DNA of 63,661 bases, counting the filler, from Bacteroidales bacterium (lineage in GTDB: Bacteria; Bacteroidota; Bacteroidia; Bacteroidales; CAIWKO01), in assembly GCA_035389045.1 (NCBI GenBank). It is 3 parts of 3 records of this genome, joined end to end, with 100 filler letters (N's around TTAATTAATTAA, not from the genome) between each part and the next. Parts side by side here need not be neighbours in the genome. Positions count along the whole stretch, not along the records: positions 26,447 to 52,683 come from DAOORA010000065.1; 2 more parts are not named here. One strand, 5' to 3'. Under the pieces are notes generated by a model. It worked only from the letters and a program-made list of their open reading frames with translations, was not told where the DNA came from and did not search any database. The number at the start of each line of letters is the position of its first letter. Positions within the stretch are counted from its first letter, which is position 1. The position numbers and the translations under genes were made by a program. This document shows positions 41,001 to 51,596 of the stretch, piece after piece.

Positions 41001-41634
41001 GAATGCTCTTAATTTTTTCAGAGAAATTTCAGAAAAAAAAACAGTGAAAATTAAATCAGATAAACTTTCCAGTTCTAATGATTTTACAAAATTAGACTCA
41101 TCATTTATACTAAAGTATGCGGATAAATCAAGCAAAATTTTAGATATGGGAAGTGGAACAGGTTTAATTGTGAACAAAATATACAATAAAGTTGCGGATA
41201 TTACTGCTGTTGAACCTTTAAAGGGGTTTTCAAAGCATATTGTAAAAAGTAATAATGTCGTAATTGTTAATCAAAATATTTTTGATTTTGAACCAAATAT
41301 TGAGATTAAATATGATTTAATTACAATGTTTGGATTGATGCATTATTTTAACGAATTAGAAGCAATTGAAATTTATAAAAAATATTTTTATTATTTGAAA
41401 AATGGTGGAAAAATGATTATAAAAAATCAGTTTGGGGTTAATGATGATGTTGTTGTTGATGGTTATTCAGAAGAGCAAAATACAAATTACTTTGCACATT
41501 ACAGATATTTGGATAAAGAAGTAAGTATACTGAGAAAAACCGGTTTTAATAATATTGAAATAATTGATATTTACCCGCCTGAATGTAACAGATGGAATAA
41601 CACACATTATTATGCAATTGTTGCTGAAAAATAA
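40987..41634 (+). CDS. Class I SAM-dependent methyltransferase
   Basis: ILDMGSGTG, ITAVEP, YDLITMFG, LKNGGKMII. Confidence 0.82.
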   Translation: MMENKNALNFFREISEKKTVKIKSDKLSSSNDFTKLDSSFILKYADKSSKILDMGSGTGLIVNKIYNKVADITAVEPLKGFSKHIVKSNNVVIVNQNIFDFEPNIEIKYDLITMFGLMHYFNELEAIEIYKKYFYYLKNGGKMIIKNQFGVNDDVVVDGYSEEQNTNYFAHYRYLDKEVSILRKTGFNNIEIIDIYPPECNRWNNTHYYAIVAEK

Positions 41635-41786
41635 TGGTATTGGGAAAATGTGCATTTTTTATTTAAAATTATTGAATATTTGTGGATGCATCAATTGTGT
41701 TATAGGTCTGTATTGCCGCTAATTAAACTTTTTTAATAATAACATACGCATTAAGCTAAAAACACATAATGTGAAAGTTAATTTAT

Positions 41787-42815
41787 ATGAATAAAAGCAG
41801 AATAAATATTCTTGTGAAAGGTACATTTGCATCTGGTTCTAGTGCAGTTACAGATCTTTTAAAGGAATATGATAATATTGCAGTAGTTCCTTACGAATTT
41901 AATGATTTTTGTTATCCTCAAATGGTTGGTGATTGTATAGAAGATGATAGATTGCTGAAGATTCCCACACAGGAATATACCCACGAAATAATCAGAAGGT
42001 ACGGACCAAGAGGGTGGGTTATTGGTGATGGCAAAATAAAATATGCCTTGAAGAAAAGATTGCTCCGCGCAAAAGCAAACGAATCTTTTATGATGTACTT
42101 ATTGCCCCAAAATATAGAAGACAAAATAAATAGTTTACAAACGGATTATAATCATAGGCAAAATATCGAAAACCTGACAAAAAGATATAACCTTATTGAT
42201 AAATTATTTAGTGAGATTGTAAAAAACAATATCACAAGATCAGAAAGAATCGAGTTTGCAAATAATTGGATACAGAACATCGGGAAAATATACGCGATTA
42301 ATAGAAAACAAGTTTTTGTTCTTTTTGATCAGCCAATAATATTAGAAGGGCATCTGGATACCTGGCCGGAGGTGTTCAGGCCTTTCAAACTGATAATTGT
42401 ATACCGGGATCCCAGAGACCAGATTGCAGATTTGATACAGTGGAATGAAATATATATTAAACATATACCAAATGATAGGGATTTATTATCCGCTATCCAA
42501 TCAACTCTTAAATATATAAAAAGGGAAATTTATGGTGCTGAAAATGTCTACAATGTATTAGGAATTGAAAAAGTGATGATGATAAGTTTTGAAAAGTTTA
42601 TAAAAGATAATGATTTAATGACAAAAAAAATTCAGTCTTTTTTAGGCTTAAATGAAATTAATCATAAAAAAAAGGAGCTTTTTTTACAACCAAAAAAATC
42701 AATAAAAAATATTGGAATCTATAAAAGGATACTTACAAAAGAGCAGGAAAATTTAATAGAAGAATTATATCAATGGTATATTAATAAAGAGAGAGAAAAT
42801 GTTTTTTATGGGTAG
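41787..42815 (+). CDS. Sulfotransferase-like P-loop protein
   Basis: KGTFASGSSAVTDLL (5'-PSB-like), KLIIVYRDPRD (3'-PB-like), ISFEKF. Confidence 0.62.
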   Translation: MNKSRINILVKGTFASGSSAVTDLLKEYDNIAVVPYEFNDFCYPQMVGDCIEDDRLLKIPTQEYTHEIIRRYGPRGWVIGDGKIKYALKKRLLRAKANESFMMYLLPQNIEDKINSLQTDYNHRQNIENLTKRYNLIDKLFSEIVKNNITRSERIEFANNWIQNIGKIYAINRKQVFVLFDQPIILEGHLDTWPEVFRPFKLIIVYRDPRDQIADLIQWNEIYIKHIPNDRDLLSAIQSTLKYIKREIYGAENVYNVLGIEKVMMISFEKFIKDNDLMTKKIQSFLGLNEINHKKKELFLQPKKSIKNIGIYKRILTKEQENLIEELYQWYINKERENVFYG

Positions 42816-42854
42816 GATATTCACATGCAATATTTTCTAAAAATCAAAGACTTG

Positions 42855-42910
42855 TATACTTTTAAATTCCTTAGACTTTGCCGTATTTTTTCCATTAGTT
42901 TTTTATAATT
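42855..42910 (+). pseudogene. Remnant of the 5' end of an MBOAT gene
   Basis: aattccttagactttgccgtattttttccattagttttt matches the start of the MBOAT gene at 44710; ATG lost. Confidence 0.75.
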
Positions 42911-42974
42911 TGTTCAATTGTACAAACTATAATTTGTATATTTGCTGTGTTTTACTAATTATACTTTGAATGAA

Positions 42975-44249
42975 ATGGAAAACGCTATTCTGCTTCATAA
43001 TAAACATTGGCAAAAAACACCTTATGACATACCAATACAAAGGGATTTGTTAAAAAAATTGCTCAGGTACAATACAGCCAAAGAAATACAGATAATCTCA
43101 GGCATCCGCAGAAGCGGCAAATCGTCCTTACTCAAATTATATATAAACGAACTTATTAAAACAGTAAATCCTCTTAGTATTTTATTTGTCAATTTTGACG
43201 ATCCCAATTTTTCCGGAGTGTATCAGCAGCCTCAAAACATTTACAATATTGTTGAAATAGCCGAACGATTAACCCAAACAAAAATTAATTATTTGTTGTT
43301 TGATGAAATCCAAATGGTTGATGGCTGGGAGAAGTATGTAAAAAGCATTTATGATGCCGATGCCTACAAAAAAATTTGTATCACCGGATCCAATGCTAAG
43401 CTCTTAAACAGCAATTATTCCAAGCTGCTTTCGGGCCGGTATATTACCCATCAGATTTACCCATTGTCGTTAAATGAAATTTTTACCCACTATAATTTGG
43501 ATAATAAACTGGCGGTTTTACAAAACAAGCCTGATGTCTTTAACATGCTTGACCATGTTATGAAGTACGGATCTTTCCCGGAAATTATAAATAAATCAGA
43601 CCAGCAGCTAAAACACGAGATAGCAACAAATTATTTCGACAGTATATTGGTAAAAGATTGTATTGTAAACAAAAATATCAGAGACAGCAAATCATTTAAG
43701 GAACTTTCATTTTACCTGTTTACTAATATTTCGTCACTGTATTCATATAACAGCATTTCAAAAGCAACAGGAATAAATGATATCTCTGTTAAAGAATATA
43801 TCAATACCATGTCCGATTCATTCCTTATTTATGAAATTGCTCAGTTTTCATATAAAGTCAGGCAGCAAATAAAATCGAAACGAAAAATGTATTGTATTGA
43901 TAATGGATTGATATCGGCTGTTTCATTGAATTTTTCAGAAAACAAAGGAAAACTTTTCGAAAACCTGGTATTTTCGGAAATAATAAAATCCGGATGTAAA
44001 GAAATCTTTTTTTATAACGAAAACAAGGAATGTGATTTTTTAATAAAGAAAAAAAACAAACTAATTGCAATACAGGTTTGTTACGAAATAAACAAGACAA
44101 ACAAAGAACGCGAAATTTTAGGATTAGAAGAAGTTATGAAAACATTTTCAATAGATAAGTCGTTTATAATTACATTTTTGCAATCAGAAAAGGTAAATAA
44201 AAACATCTCAGTAATTCCCATTTATGAAATGAGCAACATTTTTGAATGA
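42975..44249 (+). CDS. AAA+ ATPase (AAA_14 plus DUF4143-type C-terminus)
   Basis: GIRRSGKS, FDEIQ, ITGSNA, LSGR, YGSFPE, KMYCIDNG, GKLFENLV, ECDF, IQVCY. Confidence 0.88.
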   Translation: MENAILLHNKHWQKTPYDIPIQRDLLKKLLRYNTAKEIQIISGIRRSGKSSLLKLYINELIKTVNPLSILFVNFDDPNFSGVYQQPQNIYNIVEIAERLTQTKINYLLFDEIQMVDGWEKYVKSIYDADAYKKICITGSNAKLLNSNYSKLLSGRYITHQIYPLSLNEIFTHYNLDNKLAVLQNKPDVFNMLDHVMKYGSFPEIINKSDQQLKHEIATNYFDSILVKDCIVNKNIRDSKSFKELSFYLFTNISSLYSYNSISKATGINDISVKEYINTMSDSFLIYEIAQFSYKVRQQIKSKRKMYCIDNGLISAVSLNFSENKGKLFENLVFSEIIKSGCKEIFFYNENKECDFLIKKKNKLIAIQVCYEINKTNKEREILGLEEVMKTFSIDKSFIITFLQSEKVNKNISVIPIYEMSNIFE

Positions 44250-44709
44250 AGTAACGGAAGTTGCGCTAAAAAAATAATTTTAAACAACGATGAATAGTAA
44301 AATGTAAAGATATAAAAGATGAGCCTACTCCGAAAAGTATGAATTTATGCGACTTCCCTTTGGGATAAAGGGCAAGAAGTCGCAGGTTAAAAAAAACCGG
44401 GCGTTTCGGAGCGGACTCAAAGATATGGGAATCAACTTTTTAACATATTGTAAAAAAGAACAAAACCACGGTCAGACAGAGCCGATATTATTGAAACAGC
44501 AGAGCCGGAGTGTCAGGCATACAGGCAGGGAAGCCGGTCGGAGGATCGTTGTAAAAATTTGCTCAGCATAAGCCGCGTTTATGTGATTAATAAAAACAGT
44601 TATTCATAATTTTGTAACTCTGCAAACTTTTTGCAAAAAAAAAGCTTATAAAACATGGTAATTTCCGGATTAATAAAAATAACAATATCCATAAATATTT
44701 AATCTTCGT

Positions 44710-46167
44710 ATGCTTTTTAATTCCTTAGACTTTGCCGTATTTTTTCCATTAGTTTTTATACTCTACTGGTTTGTTGTACAACGGAACCTGAAGCTGCAAA
44801 ATCTTTTCGTCCTGGCATCAAGTTTTGTGTTTTACGGCTGGTGGGACTGGCGTTTTTTAGCGCTGCTGTTTTCGGGCTGCCTGGTCAATTATATTGTCGG
44901 CCGGCTGCTTTCAGCCCGGAACGATAAACCGGTGCGAAGACTGCTGTTATGGACAGCGGTCGTTTACAACATAGGGCTGCTCGTCGTATTTAAATACCTG
45001 AACTTTTTTATCGGCAGCTTTGTTTCTGCATTTACCTTTTTTGGTCTTAACCTGTCAGGCAGTTCCCTGAACATCGTTTTGCCGGTGGGTATCAGTTTCT
45101 TTACCTTTCAGGCGCTGGGCTACGTTTTGGAAGTGTACCGCCGTAACGCGGATGCAGAACGGAATTTTATCAGTTTTTCCGCCTTTGTCAGTTTTTTTCC
45201 GCTCATACTGGCCGGACCCATCGAACGGGCAACCCACCTGCTTCCCCAGTTCAGCAAAAAACGAACTTTTGATTATACTAAGGCGACCGACGGACTGAGG
45301 CAAATATTATGGGGACTGTTCAAAAAGATCGTCATAGCCGATAACTGTGCCATATTTGCAAACGCAACTTTTGATGATCCTTCGGGATATAGTGGTTCAA
45401 CCCTGGTGTTAGGAGCATTGTTTTATACGATTCAGATTTATTCAGATTTTTCAGGTTATTCTGATATTGCTATCGGGGTGTCGAAATTAATGGGCTTTGA
45501 TATAATAAGAAATTTTAATAATCCCTACCTATCTTTGAATGTAGCAGATTTTTGGAGACGCTGGCATATTTCGCTTTCATCGTGGCTACGGGATTATCTG
45601 TTTACCCCAATGTCAATAAAACTCAGAAGTCTGGGGGTCACAGGTATAATAATTTCATTATTTGTTACCTTTATTTTATGTGGTTTATGGCATGGCGCAA
45701 ATTATACTTTTATAGTTTGGGGCGGGTTACATGGTCTTGCTTTGGTTTGGGATGTAATTTCAACCAGAACCAGAAAGAAGATAAGAAAACAAACGAATTC
45801 AACTTTGTACAACAGCATTAGTTGGTTTTTTACATTTTCGTTTATTGTTTTTACATGGATTTTCTTCAGGGCAGAAAACTTTATACAGGCAAATAATTTT
45901 ATTTATGAAATATTTTCTGGTTCATTTTTTTCTATACCGTATATTATTGAACCTTCAACAGGAAGGACAATCCTGCCTAAAACAATTTATTTTCTAATTC
46001 TTTTATTCCTTTTTTTCGAATTATATGGCCGCAATCAAGAGTTTTCATTTGCACAAATAGGGAAGAATTGGAAAAGACCATTACGATTTGCATTATATTA
46101 TTCTATCATTATTGCAATATATTGGTTTAGTGGGCCGGGACAGCAATTTATTTACGCTCAGTTTTAA
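44710..46167 (+). CDS. MBOAT O-acyltransferase (AlgI/DltB/PatA-like), copy 1
   Basis: LPVGISFFTFQ, AGPIERA, DFSGYSDIAIG, FWRRWHISLS, GLWHGAN, FIYAQF. Confidence 0.93.
   Translation: MLFNSLDFAVFFPLVFILYWFVVQRNLKLQNLFVLASSFVFYGWWDWRFLALLFSGCLVNYIVGRLLSARNDKPVRRLLLWTAVVYNIGLLVVFKYLNFFIGSFVSAFTFFGLNLSGSSLNIVLPVGISFFTFQALGYVLEVYRRNADAERNFISFSAFVSFFPLILAGPIERATHLLPQFSKKRTFDYTKATDGLRQILWGLFKKIVIADNCAIFANATFDDPSGYSGSTLVLGALFYTIQIYSDFSGYSDIAIGVSKLMGFDIIRNFNNPYLSLNVADFWRRWHISLSSWLRDYLFTPMSIKLRSLGVTGIIISLFVTFILCGLWHGANYTFIVWGGLHGLALVWDVISTRTRKKIRKQTNSTLYNSISWFFTFSFIVFTWIFFRAENFIQANNFIYEIFSGSFFSIPYIIEPSTGRTILPKTIYFLILLFLFFELYGRNQEFSFAQIGKNWKRPLRFALYYSIIIAIYWFSGPGQQFIYAQF
44821..45306 (+). repeat. ~486-bp segment identical to 47377-47862
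   Basis: Read-through comparison; identical antisense ORFs at 45055-45303 and 47611-47859, offset 2556. Confidence 0.88.
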
Positions 46168-46174
46168 ATTAATA

Positions 46175-47095
46175 ATGAAGAATTTTTTAAAACTATTTTT
46201 GATTTTTAGTTTGCCATTAGTTATTATTTGCACTTCGGTTGAAATACTTACTCGAAGAATTCCTAATGTTTATAAATGTAAGAAAGATTACTTGGACAAA
46301 CATTCTGACAGTATATCAATTTTATTCTTGGGGAATTCATGTGTTTTATATGGTATTAATCCTGATTATGTTAATAAAATTAGTTTTAATGCAGCTAATC
46401 CTGGGCAACCATTATTTTATGACAATGGAATACTTAAAAAATACCAGAATAATTGGAATAACTTGGATTGTATTGCAATACAGGTTTCTTATTCTTCCAT
46501 TTTTTGTGAAATTGATTTTTTTAGAAAATGTAAGTACAATATTTATTTTGGCATGCATACATCAAAAAAATTAGCAGAATATATAGAAGTATTTAATAGT
46601 GCCCCCATCGTTCTTATTAAACGGATTTATTATTATTATATAAAGGGTTATTCATTTACTCCATGCACTGATTTAGGATGGTGTTCTTACGGAGATTCTA
46701 AAAGTAGCGAAGGATTAGTTAAAACAGGAAAGGATATTGCATGGGTCCATTCAAAAAGTATAAATGATAAAAGTTTTTCTGAAAATATAATTGCATTAAA
46801 ATCTATTTTTGAATTTGCAATAAATAAAGGTGTGAAACTTTTTGTTTATACTCCACCAGCCTATCATACCTATAATGAAAATTTAGATAGCACGGATGTA
46901 AATCAAATGATAGCTATTTTAAAAAGTTTTGATAGGGAACACTCTAATGTAGCATATGCGAATTTTTTATACGATACTTCCTTTTCAGAAGCAGACTACT
47001 ATGATGCCGTTCATTTGAACGAAGCTGGTGCAAAAAAACTCACATGTAAAATTGATAGTTTAATAAATAAATGCCCCCAAAATATATGGAAATAG
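46175..47095 (+). CDS. SGNH-like periplasmic partner of MBOAT (AlgJ/DltD-like), copy 1
   Basis: N-terminal TM, LGNS, DAVHLNEAGA. Confidence 0.72.
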   Translation: MKNFLKLFLIFSLPLVIICTSVEILTRRIPNVYKCKKDYLDKHSDSISILFLGNSCVLYGINPDYVNKISFNAANPGQPLFYDNGILKKYQNNWNNLDCIAIQVSYSSIFCEIDFFRKCKYNIYFGMHTSKKLAEYIEVFNSAPIVLIKRIYYYYIKGYSFTPCTDLGWCSYGDSKSSEGLVKTGKDIAWVHSKSINDKSFSENIIALKSIFEFAINKGVKLFVYTPPAYHTYNENLDSTDVNQMIAILKSFDREHSNVAYANFLYDTSFSEADYYDAVHLNEAGAKKLTCKIDSLINKCPQNIWK

Positions 47096-47265
47096 CAATA
47101 TCAAAATAGTTAATTTTGATTTTTTTATGACAATTACTGATTCGTGTATATACTTATAATATAATCGATGGACATTCCCACACATTATCAATTCTTTGAT
47201 AAATCCATTATGATGCATTTATTATTAGAAAAAAAACAAAAAATATTTTAAAGAAAAAAACACTA

Positions 47266-48723
47266 ATGCTTTTTAATTCCTTAGACTTTGCCGTATTTTT
47301 TCCTGTAGTTTTTATAATTTATTGGTTTATGGTAAACCGGAAATTACAGCTTCAGAATTTATTTATAGTAATAGCGAGTTTTGTGTTTTACGGCTGGTGG
47401 GACTGGCGTTTTTTAGCGCTGCTGTTTTCGGGCTGCCTGGTCAATTATATTGTCGGCCGGCTGCTTTCAGCCCGGAACGATAAACCGGTGCGAAGACTGC
47501 TGTTATGGACAGCGGTCGTTTACAACATAGGGCTGCTCGTCGTATTTAAATACCTGAACTTTTTTATCGGCAGCTTTGTTTCTGCATTTACCTTTTTTGG
47601 TCTTAACCTGTCAGGCAGTTCCCTGAACATCGTTTTGCCGGTGGGTATCAGTTTCTTTACCTTTCAGGCGCTGGGCTACGTTTTGGAAGTGTACCGCCGT
47701 AACGCGGATGCAGAACGGAATTTTATCAGTTTTTCCGCCTTTGTCAGTTTTTTTCCGCTCATACTGGCCGGACCCATCGAACGGGCAACCCACCTGCTTC
47801 CCCAGTTCAGCAAAAAACGAACTTTTGATTATACTAAGGCGACCGACGGACTGAGGCAAATACTCTGGGGACTCTTTAAAAAGATCGTCATAGCCGATAA
47901 CTGTGCTGAATTTGCCAACATGATATTTGATAGTCCCGGAAACTACAGCGGCGCCACCCTGGCGGTGGGAGCGCTCTTATATACTTTACAAATCTATGCC
48001 GATTTTTCGGGCTATTCGGATATCGCCATCGGGGTGTCCCGTCTGCTGGGATTTGATGTCATCAGGAATTTTAATTCGCCCTATCTGTCGGTAAGTGTGG
48101 CAGATTTCTGGAGACGTTGGCATATTGCGCTTTCAACATGGCTGCGCGACTACCTGTTCTCCCCGCTGTCGATAAAATTACGGAATGCAGGTACCACAGG
48201 GGTGGTTTTTGCATTATTTGTAACTTTTCTGTTATGCGGATTATGGCACGGGGCAAATTACACATTTATTGTCTGGGGCGGGCTGCATGGCCTTGCCCTC
48301 GGCTGGGATATCATTTCGGCCAGGCAGCGGAAAAAGATACGCAAAAAGATGAATCCGGGAGTGTATAATACCATAAGCTGGCTCATTACTTTTGTATTTA
48401 TTGTCTGTACCTGGATATTCTTTCGTTCCCCCAACCTTCATGAGGCAGCAGCTTACATACAAAGTATGTTAAGCGGGCTTTCCGTAAAATCTTCCGTTGT
48501 TGAAGCCTTTAATTTTACCTATTGGGAGATAGGGCCTGCCATATTGGCCATGATCGGCTTATTCATTATCATTGAGTTGCTGGGTCGCAAACAGCAGCAC
48601 GCCCTTGAACGCTTGGGCCTGAAATGGAAAGCGCCGCTGAGGTATGTTATGTATTATGCCATTATTCTTGCCATATTATTGTTCAGCGGCCAGGAACAGC
48701 AATTCATTTATTTTCAGTTTTAA
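47266..48723 (+). CDS. MBOAT O-acyltransferase (AlgI/DltB/PatA-like), copy 2
   Basis: Same motifs as copy 1; ends FIYFQF. Confidence 0.93.
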   Translation: MLFNSLDFAVFFPVVFIIYWFMVNRKLQLQNLFIVIASFVFYGWWDWRFLALLFSGCLVNYIVGRLLSARNDKPVRRLLLWTAVVYNIGLLVVFKYLNFFIGSFVSAFTFFGLNLSGSSLNIVLPVGISFFTFQALGYVLEVYRRNADAERNFISFSAFVSFFPLILAGPIERATHLLPQFSKKRTFDYTKATDGLRQILWGLFKKIVIADNCAEFANMIFDSPGNYSGATLAVGALLYTLQIYADFSGYSDIAIGVSRLLGFDVIRNFNSPYLSVSVADFWRRWHIALSTWLRDYLFSPLSIKLRNAGTTGVVFALFVTFLLCGLWHGANYTFIVWGGLHGLALGWDIISARQRKKIRKKMNPGVYNTISWLITFVFIVCTWIFFRSPNLHEAAAYIQSMLSGLSVKSSVVEAFNFTYWEIGPAILAMIGLFIIIELLGRKQQHALERLGLKWKAPLRYVMYYAIILAILLFSGQEQQFIYFQF

Positions 48724-48726
48724 CTA

Positions 48727-49647
48727 ATGAAAAAATTTATCCCCAGGTTTATCCTGTTTATTTTACCCTTGTTATTGCTGTTTGTCTTGATGGAGGCCTT
48801 TTTAAGGATGATTCCCAACGATTATCTGTTGAAAAAAAAATACCTGGATGTTCATGCGGAAAAGATCCAGACACTTGTTTTTGGCAGTTCACATGCATTC
48901 AGGGGCATAAACCCTGAGTATTTTTCAGGCAAAACCTTTAATGCAGGCTATGTCTCCCAGTCCCTGAAATATGATTATAAGATTTTTGAAAAATATAAAC
49001 ATCAGATGACAGCCCTCAAAACGGTCGTTGTCCCTATATCATATTTCAGTTTTGTGTATGAACTGGAACACAGTATAGAGGCATGGCGCACCAAGAATTA
49101 TGTTATTTATTACGGATTTCAGAATACGGCTTCCTTTAAGTATTATTCGGAACTGTTAAGCAATAGCTTTAAGATCAATGTGACACGATTGGTTTCTTAT
49201 TATATCAGAGGAGAATCAAGCATCTCTTCGGACAGTAACGGGTATGGCCGTCTGGATATTACTAAAAATACCGACTTGGAAAGAACAGGTAAGGAAGCTG
49301 CGGAAAGACACACTGTAAAAGATCAGGCCTTCGTAAAAGATAATTGTTTTTATGTACAGTCCATCATTGAGGATTGCCGGAAACAAGGCGTACAGGTGAT
49401 TTTAGTGACGCTGCCGGCATGGGAAACTTACAGGGTATTATTAGACTCACAACAACTGATAGCAATGGAAAACAATGCGAATAATTTGTCTGAAACGTAC
49501 CGAAATTGTATTTATATCAATCTTTTAGATGATACGGATTTTGTCAAAAATGATTTTCACAGCGCCGATCATCTGAATGATGCAGGTGCAAAAAAATTAT
49601 CTCTGAAACTTAACGATATTATTAATCAATATAATGAGCAACGATAA
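48727..49647 (+). CDS. SGNH-like periplasmic partner of MBOAT, copy 2
   Basis: N-terminal TM, FGSSH, SADHLNDAGA. Confidence 0.75.
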   Translation: MKKFIPRFILFILPLLLLFVLMEAFLRMIPNDYLLKKKYLDVHAEKIQTLVFGSSHAFRGINPEYFSGKTFNAGYVSQSLKYDYKIFEKYKHQMTALKTVVVPISYFSFVYELEHSIEAWRTKNYVIYYGFQNTASFKYYSELLSNSFKINVTRLVSYYIRGESSISSDSNGYGRLDITKNTDLERTGKEAAERHTVKDQAFVKDNCFYVQSIIEDCRKQGVQVILVTLPAWETYRVLLDSQQLIAMENNANNLSETYRNCIYINLLDDTDFVKNDFHSADHLNDAGAKKLSLKLNDIINQYNEQR

Positions 49648-50755
49648 AATTTATGTTACGCGCCCATTTCTTCCCCCTCTGGAAGAATTTGATGAGTACC
49701 TGAAAGAAATCTGGGCAAGCGGCCAGCTGACCAACAACGGGCAGTTTCATCAGCAGCTTGAAAAAGAGTTGTGTGCCTGGCTGGGAGTGAACTATATATC
49801 ACTTTTTGCAAACGGCACACTGGCGCTGATCACAGCGTTGCAGGCGCTGGATATCAAAGGCGAAGTGGTCACCACGCCATACAGCTTTGTGGCAACGGCA
49901 CATGCTCTGGTCTGGAACGGCATTACACCGGTATTCGCAGATACTGACCCTGAATACGGTAATTTAGACCCACGGCACATTGAAGCAGCAATAACGGACA
50001 AAACCAGCGCTATCCTGCCGGTGCATGTTTATGGACATCCCTGCCATCATGAGGAAATTGAAAAAACAGCAAAGAAACACGGACTAAAACTGATATATGA
50101 TGCCGCTCATGCTTTTGGGGTGCAGCAAAACGGTAGCAGCATCCTCAACTATGGCGACTTGTCTGTTTTGAGTTTTCATGCCACCAAGGTGTTTACCACC
50201 TTAGAGGGAGGCGCTATTGTTTGCCACACCCCCGAAATGAAACAACATATCGACAACCTGAAAAATTTCGGATTTCGTAATTATGAAGTCATATCGCTGG
50301 GGATCAATGCAAAAATGAATGAAATACAAGCTGCCATGGGATTGCTGCAGCTTAAATATGTTGATGCTTCCATCGAAAAGAGAAGATCACTCAGTGCTTT
50401 TTATTTCGAACAATTGGGCGACATAAACGGGATAAGAATGTTATCACCGGCATCTGATGTACATTATAACTATTCGTATTTTCCTGTTTTTATTGACGAA
50501 GAACTATATGGAAAAAGCAGGGATGCGCTTTATGAGGAATTAATAAAGCACAATATTTACGGAAGACGGTATTTTTATCCGCTGATCAGCCATTGCCATC
50601 CTTATAAGGACCTGGGTTCGGCACAACAAGGGATAATGCCTGTGGCTGAAAAAATTGCTGAGCAGGTGATCTGTCTCCCAATTTTCCATGATCTGGAAAG
50701 GGATACCGTTACCAATATCTGTGAAATAATAAGAAATTTTCGTGCGGAGGGATAA
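49634..50755 (+). CDS. DegT/DnrJ/EryC1/StrS sugar aminotransferase (VioA-like)
   Basis: LTNNG, NGTLAL, TTPYSFVAT, PVHVYG, YDAAHAFG, SFHATKVFTTLEGG, GINAKMNE, RRYFYP. Confidence 0.92.
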   Translation: MSNDKIYVTRPFLPPLEEFDEYLKEIWASGQLTNNGQFHQQLEKELCAWLGVNYISLFANGTLALITALQALDIKGEVVTTPYSFVATAHALVWNGITPVFADTDPEYGNLDPRHIEAAITDKTSAILPVHVYGHPCHHEEIEKTAKKHGLKLIYDAAHAFGVQQNGSSILNYGDLSVLSFHATKVFTTLEGGAIVCHTPEMKQHIDNLKNFGFRNYEVISLGINAKMNEIQAAMGLLQLKYVDASIEKRRSLSAFYFEQLGDINGIRMLSPASDVHYNYSYFPVFIDEELYGKSRDALYEELIKHNIYGRRYFYPLISHCHPYKDLGSAQQGIMPVAEKIAEQVICLPIFHDLERDTVTNICEIIRNFRAEG

Positions 50756-50784
50756 AGGGACCGGGGATTTTAGTGATATTTGAT

Positions 50785-51530
50785 GGCAGGTGCGGAGCGC
50801 CGGAACATTTGTAAAATAATGATGAGCCTTAAGAATAAGGTACAGCCTGCCTGGTCGGCAGACAGGCGTACCGTAACATAAGCCATGATTGGGATTGACG
50901 GTTGTACTCAGGAAATTAATTTTACGGTGCTCTGCACCTGTGTTTTCGCGAGTTGACGATTTCTTACAAATACTACGGGGCGCTGCCCCTGTCGAGGTCA
51001 TAACTGATAAAACAGCTTTTTGGTCACACCTTTGAATTCTGACAACCTGTTTTAAAATTAAAACTCCGAAGATTTATCAGAAATGAATAACTTTGTTGCA
51101 GAACAGATACAAGAGGCTGTCCTGAAAGTCCTTTATGCGCCTTTGTGTTACTCTTTGTGTGTCTTTGTATCAATAAATACTGACCACGAAGTCGCACGAA
51201 GTACAGTCACGAAGGAACACGAAGGAAAAATAAATTAAACATCAAAAAATGATTCATATCAACCTTTGTGCGCCTTAGTGACAACCCTGCCTGCCGTTCG
51301 GCAGTTCAGGCAGGCTTTGCGCGCCTTAGTGGTAAAAAAAATAGAACCACGAAGTCGCACGAAGTACAGTCACGAAGGAACACGAAGGGACACGAAGGAA
51401 GAATAAAAATAAATTATATTTAATAAATATGTTTTCTGTGAGCCTTAGCGCGCCTTTGCGGTAAAAAAAACATGAATTACCCATAAAAATAAGGTACAGC
51501 CAGGTCCGGCAGACAGGCGTACCGTAACAT
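50785..51530. repeat. Intergenic region packed with REP-like hairpins, two cacgaag units and a flanking direct repeat
   Basis: ataaggtacagcc...ggcagacaggcgtaccgtaacata at ~50835 and ~51489; ggtgctctgcacc; ggggcgctgcccc; accacgaagtcgcacgaagtacagtcacgaagg at ~51183 and ~51346. Confidence 0.8.
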
Positions 51531-51596
51531 AATTAACGATGTTTGTTTTGATGTTTGTTATACCATCAAGCCAACTCATAAATAAAAATAATACAG

